The notes: generated by a model from the sequence alone, not told the origin. DNA of 20,000 bases from an uncultured virus (IMG/VR IMGVR_UViG_3300031088_000740) (IMGVR_UViG_3300031088_000740), one strand, 5' to 3'. Counted from the stretch's first letter, positions 8,981 through 17,324 are shown. A program made the numbers and translations.

Positions 8981-9492
8981 ATCGTCACTCCTTTGATCAG
9001 GGAACGAAGAATTTCTCCGTCCACGTCGTTATCTACTGCCTTCTTGATCACATCTAGTGGGATCTTGGCGTATACCTGTGCTGTTAGCTCGTTGAAGCTC
9101 ATCTTTCTGATTAGCGGCTCAATATCGCGGGCTGTAAAGTCTTCACATGCCGGGGTGATCATCAAGACGAATGCTTCGATTCTGTCAAGCCCCGTCACAC
9201 GAATCCAATGCTCGAAGTAGCCGTCGTATCCCGCATTCTCGTTACCTGTTGTTACGAATGGAGCGTCTTCCTTGTCGAAGAAGTTATCGAAGAACTCTTC
9301 GACGGCAAAGGCGAAACGATCTATCTCGATAACGGTGTTCTTGTCTATCCAAACAAATGTGTCTATTGTGATATTCCATCTATCTAGCGTAGCTAACTGA
9401 TAGTCCTCTAATTCGAACAAGAGGCTGAGCTTGTCTTCTCCCGTAATCCCTCTCGTAGCTCGCTGATATTTTTGCGAGACTAGTGATGGCAC
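8977..9492 (-). CDS. Hypothetical protein, NDVD-tail family (short member)
   Basis: Ends KIPLDVIKKAVDNDVDGEILRSLI; probable GTG start at 9492 after AAGGGGA; promoter TTGATA-17-TATGCT at 9521-9549. Confidence 0.8.
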   Translation of the reverse strand: MPSLVSQKYQRATRGITGEDKLSLLFELEDYQLATLDRWNITIDTFVWIDKNTVIEIDRFAFAVEEFFDNFFDKEDAPFVTTGNENAGYDGYFEHWIRVTGLDRIEAFVLMITPACEDFTARDIEPLIRKMSFNELTAQVYAKIPLDVIKKAVDNDVDGEILRSLIKGVTI

Positions 9493-9562
9493 GGTACAAG
9501 TCCCCTTCGCTAGATGAGCAAGCATAACTCAACGAACGCTAGTTATCAAATCAACACGCCGT

Positions 9563-9617
9563 TAACAGAACGAAGCCCGAGAGACGGGATGGTGTTGTCT
9601 CTCGGGCTTCGTTTGTT
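9563..9617 (-). terminator. Long hairpin / intrinsic terminator
   Basis: 17-bp stem AACGAAGCCCGAGAGAC (9569-9585) / GTCTCTCGGGCTTCGTT (9597-9613). Confidence 0.8.
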
Positions 9618-9710
9618 ACTGTAGAGAGGAACCGCCCATTACACTTTTGACCCTGCTGCTACCGACTAGCAACGGGCGGTTACCTGACCCCTAAACGGGG
9701 GTCGTTACAT
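9563..9710 (-). ncRNA. Candidate structured small RNA
   Basis: Three consecutive stems; the middle 13-bp stem completes only on the minus strand through two G-U pairs; possible -10 TAACCT at 9715-9720. Confidence 0.4.
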
Positions 9711-9771
9711 GTATAGGTTACAACGTCACTTAGACTGATTGCGAGTTTTCGGAACATTCAACAGGAAATTC

Positions 9772-10260
9772 TCAGAAAGTTCCGAATGTGGCGTTCAGTA
9801 CAAGACCGATTGACAAGGCGAGTCCACCGCCGATGACGTTGCGGGCTAGCTGAACACCCAACTTCGCCTTTCCGAACCTAACCGAGATGATAGTAGTCAG
9901 AGTGACTGCAACGAGCACTGCAACAAACACCGCAAGCACAGATTCGAAGAGAGCAGCGAACGCTAGTGGGATGACTGCACCGCTTACGAATGCAACGAAG
10001 GATGAGACGGCGGCATGGACCGGATTGGTATGCTCGACGCTCTGTGCTGCCCTCTCAGCGTCTCTCTGAGCCGAGACAGAGACGTACTCACCTAGTGCCA
10101 TAGAAACGGCTCCTGCGACGATTCCCGAGATACCAACGACGATCATCTTGTCATGAGAGAGGACACCAACGATAGATACAAGTAGGACGGCAACGCTGAT
10201 GATGCCGTCATTAGCTCCAAGCACCCCGGCGCGGAGCCAATTGAGTCGTGCCATGTTCAT
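9772..10260 (-). CDS. VIT1/CCC1 family Fe2+/Mn2+ transporter, short form
   Basis: Hallmarks RLNWLRAGVLGANDGIIS, AGAVSMALGEYVSVSAQRD and NP..AA.SSF.AF..GA.IPL. Confidence 0.93.
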   Translation of the reverse strand: MNMARLNWLRAGVLGANDGIISVAVLLVSIVGVLSHDKMIVVGISGIVAGAVSMALGEYVSVSAQRDAERAAQSVEHTNPVHAAVSSFVAFVSGAVIPLAFAALFESVLAVFVAVLVAVTLTTIISVRFGKAKLGVQLARNVIGGGLALSIGLVLNATFGTF

Positions 10261-10283
10261 AGATGCATCCCTTGTTCGTTTGG

Positions 10284-10302
10284 TTTGGAAAGGCTATCCA
10301 AA
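10284..10302. promoter_or_regulatory. IdeR/DtxR-like operator upstream of the VIT1 gene
   Basis: TTTGGAAAGGCTATCCAAA matches 15/19 positions of TWAGGTWAGSCTWACCTWA; inside the palindrome 10281-10305. Confidence 0.55.
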
Positions 10303-10323
10303 CCATCTTTGCCCTTAACGAGG

Positions 10324-10350
10324 AAATGTCCCGCACCAAGCGGGACATTT
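10324..10350 (-). terminator. Terminator-like hairpin
   Basis: AAATGTCCCGC / GCGGGACATTT stem downstream of 10394..10963. Confidence 0.65.
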
Positions 10351-10393
10351 ACCTTCGAGTAGATACTAGCACGATACCTTGCCGGTTGTGCGT

Positions 10394-10963
10394 TCAAGCA
10401 GCACCAGCAAGATTGTCCTCTACCTCATAAGCCGAGTTGCTTCGTACCGGCGTGAGGAAGCAGCGTCGTACGATGATATCGCCGTTCTCGTATTTGATGG
10501 TTAGCTCGGAGGTTCCTCGGAACCCAATGCAGGTGTAATGACGATAGACGATCAACTTCTCGACTTCGCTTTCGTCGATGTAGACAGAAAGGTTTTCACG
10601 TAGCCACGGGTTGAAGTCGGTCTGAACCCATTCATTCAGTCTGCGCCCGTAAGGAGTGAGTCTTCGCGCTTTGAGACGCTGCTCGTAGTCTCGCGCCAGC
10701 GCCCATACAGCGACCGCGATGATGACTAGTTCAAGCAGACCCACAGCGATGAAAAGACCCTGCTGGACCTCTGCTACGACTGCGGCGGCAATGAACACGT
10801 AGGTACAGGACAAAATAACGAAGATACCGAAGGCGAAAAGTGAGACTGCCATTAGCGACATTGGCGTGATGGTTCTCTTTAAACGCCGAGAATACGTGAA
10901 GTCATACCACTCCGGGGCAGAGAGCGTTGCTACCTCACGCTCGAAGGGAAGACTGTCATTCAT
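10394..10963 (-). CDS. Two-TM membrane protein, probable paralog of 6468..7097 (leaderless start MNDSLP)
   Basis: TATAAT (10970-10975) 6 nt before ATG 10963; two TM helices; PWLRENL motif. Confidence 0.8.
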   Translation of the reverse strand: MNDSLPFEREVATLSAPEWYDFTYSRRLKRTITPMSLMAVSLFAFGIFVILSCTYVFIAAAVVAEVQQGLFIAVGLLELVIIAVAVWALARDYEQRLKARRLTPYGRRLNEWVQTDFNPWLRENLSVYIDESEVEKLIVYRHYTCIGFRGTSELTIKYENGDIIVRRCFLTPVRSNSAYEVEDNLAGAA

Positions 10964-11173
10964 GTTGCGATTATAGGGTGGTATGAGACGCAAATCTAGT
11001 GAACTCGCCAAGTCGTTCCACCCCAAAATAGGGGGACAATCGTACCCCGAATGTACCCCAAAGCTAGTCATCCTCTAGATGTAGACTGATTCGGTTTTCT
11101 CATCCCAAAGTTTGCCGGTTGTCCATATCCGTGTTAAGGTGGTTAGGCAAGACAGAGCAGTAACCAACCAATT

Positions 11174-11788
11174 ATGACCTCACTTACACTAAAACCACGA
11201 CCAATCATTGCCGTATTGGCATCAGCTTCGCTAGCCTTTTCGATGGCTCTCCCTGTCGCTGATGCATACGCTAGTGAACGATTCACTCCTATTTCGCACG
11301 AAGCGAAAGAGAAGCGAGAACTCGTCCGTACCGAGTCACAGAGTTTCACCGTCCTGACAGCAAGTACGCAGGATGTTACTCGTGATGAGTACACGATTAC
11401 CGATCCGCCTCCCCCACCGCCTCCTGTTGTCGAAGAGAAGAGCGTAGGCACTGGACAGGCAACACCTTCTGTTGGTGCTGTTGCACCCGGTAGCGCACAA
11501 GCTATCGCCGCTGAAATGGTTGCCGCCCGAGGTTGGGGTAACGACCAATTCGGCTGCCTAGTCAAGCTGTGGCAGAAAGAGTCGGGTTGGAACTACCAGG
11601 CACTCAACAAGAGTAGTGGTGCCGCTGGCATCCCGCAGGCGCTTCCTGGTAGCAAGATGGCGACTGCGGGAGCCGACTGGCAGACTAACCCCGCCACCCA
11701 GATAACCTGGGGGCTGAATTACATCTCAGGTGTATACGGAACACCCTGCTCAGCTTGGGGACACAGCCAGTCGGTCAACTGGTACTAA
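11174..11788 (+). CDS. Secreted lytic transglycosylase-like (lysozyme-fold) protein of actinobacterial type
   Basis: Signal-peptide-like N-terminus, Pro-rich linker, C-terminal domain CLVKLWQKESGWN...SSGAAGIPQALPGSKM...NPATQITWGLNYI...YGTPCSAW...NWY; promoter TTGCCG-17-TAAGGT upstream. Confidence 0.88.
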   Translation: MTSLTLKPRPIIAVLASASLAFSMALPVADAYASERFTPISHEAKEKRELVRTESQSFTVLTASTQDVTRDEYTITDPPPPPPPVVEEKSVGTGQATPSVGAVAPGSAQAIAAEMVAARGWGNDQFGCLVKLWQKESGWNYQALNKSSGAAGIPQALPGSKMATAGADWQTNPATQITWGLNYISGVYGTPCSAWGHSQSVNWY

Positions 11789-11791
11789 GCG

Positions 11792-12328
11792 TTACTCCAT
11801 GTGGGAGGGTCTGTCGATAATTTGTTCAGGAGACAGACCCTCCTTCTTCATGTCCATAAAGGATTCGTAACCCACAAGCTGAATTGCTTCGAAGTACAGA
11901 TCCGATTGCAGCGCTACACGCTCACCTTGATTGATGAGATACCCACTGCCAGGCTTATTCGTTTTTAGCCCCTCAACGAATGTGACGAGAACCCTACCTG
12001 TCGGCACACCAGACTTACGAAGAATCGGTAGCCACTGGTCGAGGTACTTTTTGGTTTTGGACATGTCGTACGCAAAAATGTCAAGGCGCACAAGCACCTT
12101 GTCATAGCCGAATCTCTGGACGGCAGAGACGTACTCAGCCCACGTGATACCGGAAGCATCGAGGTACTGCCACCACTTAGCACGCGAACGCGGCTTCTTG
12201 TTTGAGAGTAGGATGCTCTCTTCTGTAGAGAGATCCATCACGTCACGATACCGATACTTCTTAGACCAGCCATCGGTAAGGGTCAGGTCGCGGAAGAACC
12301 TGTCCCTTCTACGTGTTTCCTTACTCAC
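11792..12328 (-). CDS. Hypothetical protein, possible degenerate member of the tail family
   Basis: 178-aa ORF coupled to the HIT gene; ends GYESFMDMKKEGLSPEQII, similar to GYREFFGYVNEGLSMSSI of 4229. Confidence 0.75.
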   Translation of the reverse strand: MSKETRRRDRFFRDLTLTDGWSKKYRYRDVMDLSTEESILLSNKKPRSRAKWWQYLDASGITWAEYVSAVQRFGYDKVLVRLDIFAYDMSKTKKYLDQWLPILRKSGVPTGRVLVTFVEGLKTNKPGSGYLINQGERVALQSDLYFEAIQLVGYESFMDMKKEGLSPEQIIDRPSHME

Positions 12329-12738
12329 TTCAACTCCTGTGAAATAGCAGCGATGATTTCCGATCTGGAGTCATCGTCAAGGTGCGCTTTTGGTCTCGGA
12401 TCATTCCACGGAGACGAATGAGGGAACGCTTCATTCTCGGGGTATCGCGGGATGAGGTGCGCATGCACGTGATATTCGGCGTTTCCGAGGATAGCCAGAT
12501 TCACTCTTGTCGCACCGGTAGCTCTTTTGATAGCTCTCGATACAGCTTGCACGTCTTTCATGAATTCCGCAGCAACATCTTCGTCAAGCTCGTCAAAATG
12601 CTCTGCATGATGACCCAGCAAGACGATGCATCGTCCCGGGAACCTAGAATCATCATACAGTCCTACTGTAGAGAATTGCAGATTTGCTACCGGGTTCCAC
12701 AATGTGAACTGACAATGAAGACATGCTGACTGATTCAT
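12325..12738 (-). CDS. HIT family nucleotide hydrolase
   Basis: N-terminal CxxC, GRCIV..HAEH, histidine triad HVHAHLIPR; GGAAGGA RBS before MNQSAC. Confidence 0.9.
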   Translation of the reverse strand: MNQSACLHCQFTLWNPVANLQFSTVGLYDDSRFPGRCIVLLGHHAEHFDELDEDVAAEFMKDVQAVSRAIKRATGATRVNLAILGNAEYHVHAHLIPRYPENEAFPHSSPWNDPRPKAHLDDDSRSEIIAAISQELK

Positions 12739-12791
12739 GAGGGTTCCTTCCCGGAGGAAGGATAGCTTGCTAGAGATCGTTTGCGCTAGTT

Positions 12792-13721
12792 TCAAGCGGC
12801 ACTCATTGCAAGAAATTCCCCGCTTGTCCGAAATACCTCGAAGAGCGACCTATCGATGTCATTGACAACACGAGCATTATGCAGCGCTTCCAACGTCACA
12901 CCGTTCTCAATGTTCTCGCGGATCTCACCGTGAGTCACAGCAGCCATAACCTCTATTGCCATAGAGAGGTTCTTTTCGGTGATGGTTTTGTGACCCATCA
13001 AGAGCGGTAGGATGGTGGTGGAGAATGAGTACGCCTTGTCCACACCCTTGGTTTCCAGAACCATCTTCCAGTGCTTGTAGAACGTAGGCTTGATGTACTG
13101 CAATGCGTCCCAGACCTCGCGGTCAAAGGTGTTGATTGCCAGGGTGACCTCTTCGTAGATGTTTTCGTTTGCCGCTCCATCGAGAAGGTTTTTGATACCC
13201 TTCTTTGCGCTACTGTTTGAGGACATGAGGCTCATCGTAAGAGGATTGGCGTAGTCACCAACTATGTTCTTGCTGGGGAACATGTTACTGGGGTCTTCGA
13301 TTACTCGGTAGTCAGGAATGTCGCACGCTGTTCCACAGAGCGGGCATGTCATCCACTCGGATGCGCCACCATTGTCTTTTCTGTACCCAAAAATGTAGGG
13401 GAATCCACCCATGTTCTTATCGAAATCAAGCACATCGAAAGTGCGAAGCTTGGGTACGGTCTTGCCGTTGCTCTTGATGAGGTAATCGGTATCGCATTCG
13501 CACGATTCGCGAGAGAAGGGGTCTTTACCGAAAAACACTTCGATCCGATCACATGTGACGCGATTGGAGCGATTGATGCCCTGCGGAAGAGCAAGGGTTC
13601 CATTGTCCAGTGCATCAAAGACACGATGGATTTCTGGGGCGGACGGTAGAACCATCTCAACACGGCTGCTTGAGAACTCGAACCAACGGTTGCTACCGTA
13701 TGCAGGTGCATCATTCGTCAT
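12792..13721 (-). CDS. Hypothetical protein, PAYGS / NDID-tail family with Cys cluster
   Basis: Starts APAYGS; CEC and CPLCG; near-terminal GVTLEALHNARVVNDIDRSLFEVF; TAATG coupling to the upstream gene. Confidence 0.85.
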   Translation of the reverse strand: MTNDAPAYGSNRWFEFSSSRVEMVLPSAPEIHRVFDALDNGTLALPQGINRSNRVTCDRIEVFFGKDPFSRESCECDTDYLIKSNGKTVPKLRTFDVLDFDKNMGGFPYIFGYRKDNGGASEWMTCPLCGTACDIPDYRVIEDPSNMFPSKNIVGDYANPLTMSLMSSNSSAKKGIKNLLDGAANENIYEEVTLAINTFDREVWDALQYIKPTFYKHWKMVLETKGVDKAYSFSTTILPLLMGHKTITEKNLSMAIEVMAAVTHGEIRENIENGVTLEALHNARVVNDIDRSLFEVFRTSGEFLAMSAA

Positions 13722-14581
13722 TACGAAGCCAAACTACTCAGAAGCTCAAAGTCAACATCGTGACCGACCGAATCGAAAAGGATGTTGTGGGGTACCTTCC
13801 TATCGTACTGCATAAAAACGTAGGGGTCAATGAGCGCCTTCTTGTCAAGAAAAGCTGACTGTTCCATGTCGAGAACGCCTGCTGCCAAGTACCAGACGAT
13901 TGCATCCTCGGTATTCATCTTGCGAGAGGTGAGTTCGTGGACAACTGACTTCAATTCACTGAGTTCTGTGCCCATCATGCTTGTCAGCCTGTCGCGATCA
14001 AACGTGACGCTCATCTTGTCGAATGCGGTACGAGACACACCGACTGAATCGCAGTACCGAGCAAACGCAGTCTCACCAATCCGAAGTGAGGTCTCCGCAA
14101 GATAGGAGTGCATGTCTGCCTTCGAGTCAAGGCTATACACAAACGACCGCACTTCGTTCTCGTACTTCATGGAGAAGGACATAGGGAATGCATCATCACC
14201 AAGCTCAGTGACAATCGCGAAGAAGTCAAGCGCCGAAAGCTCAGAGATTCGGTGGCTCGATATCTGCTCTACATGCTCGGGTTTAGTGAGAGAGGGCGGT
14301 CTGAACTCCACTTTGCGCAGCCACTCAAAGTTCTGGGACTGAAGGAACTGTCTGATAGCGCGAGGGGGTAGACCTTCGACCGTAATCTTCTTTGCCTGCA
14401 TCGCCTCAATGGCATCGAGAACGCTATCAGCCGTAGGCAACATGAAGTAACCATTGGGAGCTTCACGCTTAGCCGAACGGTTGAGACCCACGACGTTACC
14501 GGATGATACGTGGTCGTACCAGCCGTATTCCGGACGATCAGACACGGTGGTATACGCACCAGTCATCTCGTTAGTAGTCAT
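13721..14581 (-). CDS. Hypothetical protein, PEYGW / HDVD-tail family
   Basis: RPEYGW...GYFMLPT; ends VGHDVDFELLSSLAS. Confidence 0.88.
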   Translation of the reverse strand: MTTNEMTGAYTTVSDRPEYGWYDHVSSGNVVGLNRSAKREAPNGYFMLPTADSVLDAIEAMQAKKITVEGLPPRAIRQFLQSQNFEWLRKVEFRPPSLTKPEHVEQISSHRISELSALDFFAIVTELGDDAFPMSFSMKYENEVRSFVYSLDSKADMHSYLAETSLRIGETAFARYCDSVGVSRTAFDKMSVTFDRDRLTSMMGTELSELKSVVHELTSRKMNTEDAIVWYLAAGVLDMEQSAFLDKKALIDPYVFMQYDRKVPHNILFDSVGHDVDFELLSSLAS

Positions 14582-14587
14582 ATCTAC

Positions 14588-14616
14588 ACCGTAGTTGTAG
14601 TACCTTGCTTTGTCAA
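14588..14616 (-). promoter_or_regulatory. Sigma70-type leaderless promoter
   Basis: TTGACA-17nt-TACGGT-6nt-ATG(14581). Confidence 0.75.
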
Positions 14617-15662
14617 GAAGAGCGACCGAGCATTCGACTGACGATTTCGGTATCTAGCCCCTGAGCAAGAACACGCTCGAACGTATCGACCTCTTTGTTA
14701 CTAGCTTCCTCAAACACTTCGACCATTGCGACAATGTAGTGCTCATCCACGTCACCTTGTTCCAGAAGGCTGATCATCATAGCGATGCAGTCAGATGACT
14801 CTTCTAGGTCAATGCCAAACCACCCAGCGGCGCATGACACGGCAACGGCATGACTAGCAACAGGAATGAATTCGCTAACATTCTTGGCGATACGGAGAGT
14901 CTCAATTCGGTCGTTATCCAGTGAACTGTCACTGAATCCGAACGTCTCGAAATACGCATTGACGTGACTAATACCGAGTCCAATTTCAGCAAACTTGCTC
15001 ATGAATGTGCTGTGCTTTTGGTACGACCTGTTTGTAAGTAGAAGGCTCAGTGAGAAATTCTTTAGCGGGGTGTTGAGGTGTTCCAGCTTGTACTTCGGAG
15101 AGACCTCAAAAATGCGGAGAGTGGACTGAAAGGAATGACCGCAGTCTACACAAATGGCAACATCAGCATAAGCGCCTGACTTGGAACCAAGTTCAAATCT
15201 GTTATCCACCATCCTGTCCGGAATTTGAGGCATTAGTGCATCAAGGATGTCGGGATCGTTGACGTACAAGTCGAAGAAATCTACGGGTCGAATCCGCATC
15301 ACTCGACCAACTTCAGGAGCGTTATCTGCTGGCACAATAACAGCAAGGGGATCATCGCCGTTTTCGCACTGCCAAAGTCCCCCAGGGGTCACCCAGTCCG
15401 CAAGTGGCGATGGGTAGCTATCCATAACTAGTCGCGAGTAGTAGATAGATCCGACAAATCGCTCAACATCCTGGGCGGAGTACGAACCATCGTAATCATC
15501 AGCGTAGAGCGATGAGATGAAGCTTTGAGTTTCGTCGGGACTAGGGAACATGAAGTAGCCGTCATTATCACCGAAGTCGAGACGACGTTCTGCACCAACA
15601 GCGTCCGTCACCGAAGGTAGGCGAATCCACCCGTATTCGGGTAGTGCGTGCTTATCCGTCAC
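14613..15662 (-). CDS. Hypothetical protein, PEYGW / QGLD-tail family
   Basis: AGGAGG RBS before GTG 15662; LPEYGW...GYFMFPS; CVDCG; ends LAQGLDTEIVSRML. Confidence 0.88.
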   Translation of the reverse strand: MTDKHALPEYGWIRLPSVTDAVGAERRLDFGDNDGYFMFPSPDETQSFISSLYADDYDGSYSAQDVERFVGSIYYSRLVMDSYPSPLADWVTPGGLWQCENGDDPLAVIVPADNAPEVGRVMRIRPVDFFDLYVNDPDILDALMPQIPDRMVDNRFELGSKSGAYADVAICVDCGHSFQSTLRIFEVSPKYKLEHLNTPLKNFSLSLLLTNRSYQKHSTFMSKFAEIGLGISHVNAYFETFGFSDSSLDNDRIETLRIAKNVSEFIPVASHAVAVSCAAGWFGIDLEESSDCIAMMISLLEQGDVDEHYIVAMVEVFEEASNKEVDTFERVLAQGLDTEIVSRMLGRSS

Positions 15663-15711
15663 AATTCCTCCTGTTGATACAGTAACAGTACACGAATTCG
15701 TGTTAAAGAGC

Positions 15712-15738
15712 AAGGGCGGAGCATCTAGCTCCGCCCTT
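15712..15738 (-). terminator. Intrinsic terminator
   Basis: AAGGGCGGAGC / GCTCCGCCCTT stem downstream of 15781..16044. Confidence 0.75.
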
Positions 15739-15780
15739 CTTGCCACTAGTGGTCTAGGCTAATGGCTGTGTAGCACAAGG

Positions 15781-16044
15781 CTACAAGGTACCCATAGCAG
15801 AGACATCGTAGTCGTCCTGTTCCTGCCACAGGTATAGCGCATCAGCGCTAATTTTCCTCTTCTCACCTCGCTGCAAGGGGTGCTGATCGTCGCGCACCGT
15901 AACCATCGTGTATCCAGTAGGCTGACCAGCCTGGTCACGACCATATACACCGACGCTACGGAGCGCGACGACCTTACCGTCTCCCGCCTCAGAGACGTAT
16001 AGACGACCTACCTTGTCGTCTCTTGTGATAGCTGCTGTACTCAT
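15781..16044 (-). CDS. Hypothetical protein
   Basis: GGAGG RBS; 87-aa ORF. Confidence 0.75.
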   Translation of the reverse strand: MSTAAITRDDKVGRLYVSEAGDGKVVALRSVGVYGRDQAGQPTGYTMVTVRDDQHPLQRGEKRKISADALYLWQEQDDYDVSAMGTL

Positions 16045-16122
16045 AGGATCAGTATCCTCCCGGTAAGAGTGTGTCGAGAGGGAATCCGACTAGATACTAC
16101 TAACTCCCAGAAAACTCCCAAC

Positions 16123-16566
16123 TTAGGCGATAGTGATGCAGCCGCCCTTGTCGGCAATGATGCTGTTGATATCTTCTCCGTAGTAAACAAGGTTCATATC
16201 TCCAACCCACACAGTAAGACCGGAATCGTTCGACTTCACAACGGTGAATAGTTCATCACCAACGATGATGGTCGAACCAACGGATGTGGGGATGCCTTGC
16301 TGTAAGGGTTCAGCAGAGAACAAAAGCGACCTAGATGCTAGAACGTGCACAACTGCCTCACCGGGGTCTAGGCGAATGTCAATGCAGCCATCTAGCTCGT
16401 CGAAATTGACAACCGTTCCATAGAGAGGAACCTTGCTGGTGAGCAGTAGGCATTTGACCGGGTGCTTGTGGGAGATGGCGGTTGATACATCAGTAAGTTG
16501 TGGGACTCGACCCGTAATGCATCCTGACATGATGGAGATATCAAAATCGTAGACGTGCTCAGCCAT
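16123..16566 (-). CDS. Hypothetical protein
   Basis: GAAAGG RBS before MAEHVY; about 147 aa. Confidence 0.7.
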   Translation of the reverse strand: MAEHVYDFDISIMSGCITGRVPQLTDVSTAISHKHPVKCLLLTSKVPLYGTVVNFDELDGCIDIRLDPGEAVVHVLASRSLLFSAEPLQQGIPTSVGSTIIVGDELFTVVKSNDSGLTVWVGDMNLVYYGEDINSIIADKGGCITIA

Positions 16567-16625
16567 CTCATAACCTTTCGTCAAGCAGCACTTATATCAC
16601 TACGATAGCAAAGCTTTCATCATCT

Positions 16626-17324
16626 TCATGCAAGAGCAGAAGGTCGAGACAAGAATTGTGACAATGACTCAACAAACCTGTCGAATGCATCGACATGGAT
16701 ATTGTGTCCCACCTTGGGATAGTGCTCGAACAGGATGCCTACTGCTGACGACTTGATGGCAGGAAAGATGTAGCTTCGACCCGCGCGAATCATGAGCGCA
16801 TCTCGGGAGACAGAGGTGAATGACCTGGCTATGTCATGAGGCGCTGCCAGCGCGGAGATGCTCTTTGCATCCCACTTCCTCATGCTGCTGTGTTCGACTA
16901 ACTGATGCCTGTGAGCATTGCTCTTTGGCTTAGATGTTCGCAGTTGGCGAGAGAAGAAGAAGTGGACCCAGCCCAGCACAAACGACGAGCGAGGGAGATG
17001 GAACACCGGATCGAGTAGAACCGTTTTGGCAGCCGAGAAGCTCTGGCTGAGATTCGCTGCAATCAAACCACCAATCGAATGACCAATGATGATGTCAGGC
17101 TCGACATTGGTTTCCAGTATCTCATCGGTCCAGTCTTGAACGCTGTAGCTCGATTTCCACGATGACTTACCATGACCGCTAAGGTCTGGTGCATACACCT
17201 CGTAGCCGTTTGACTTCAAGTAGCTAGCAAGTCGAAGCCAAGTGACTGATGACGAAGCAAGACCGTGAATGAGCAACACGGTTTGACCATTGTGGTTAGT
17301 GGGCATCCAATGGCGCATGAACAT
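16626..17324 (-). CDS. Alpha/beta fold hydrolase
   Basis: LLIHGL oxyanion motif, APDLSGHGKS, nucleophile elbow GHSIGG, C-terminal GHNIH. Confidence 0.92.
   Translation of the reverse strand: MFMRHWMPTNHNGQTVLLIHGLASSSVTWLRLASYLKSNGYEVYAPDLSGHGKSSWKSSYSVQDWTDEILETNVEPDIIIGHSIGGLIAANLSQSFSAAKTVLLDPVFHLPRSSFVLGWVHFFFSRQLRTSKPKSNAHRHQLVEHSSMRKWDAKSISALAAPHDIARSFTSVSRDALMIRAGRSYIFPAIKSSAVGILFEHYPKVGHNIHVDAFDRFVESLSQFLSRPSALA

Noticed and set aside
11072..11173. Possible c-di-AMP (ydaO) riboswitch upstream of the lytic transglycosylase
   Set aside because: The leader after the predicted promoter is too short and no riboswitch consensus is visible
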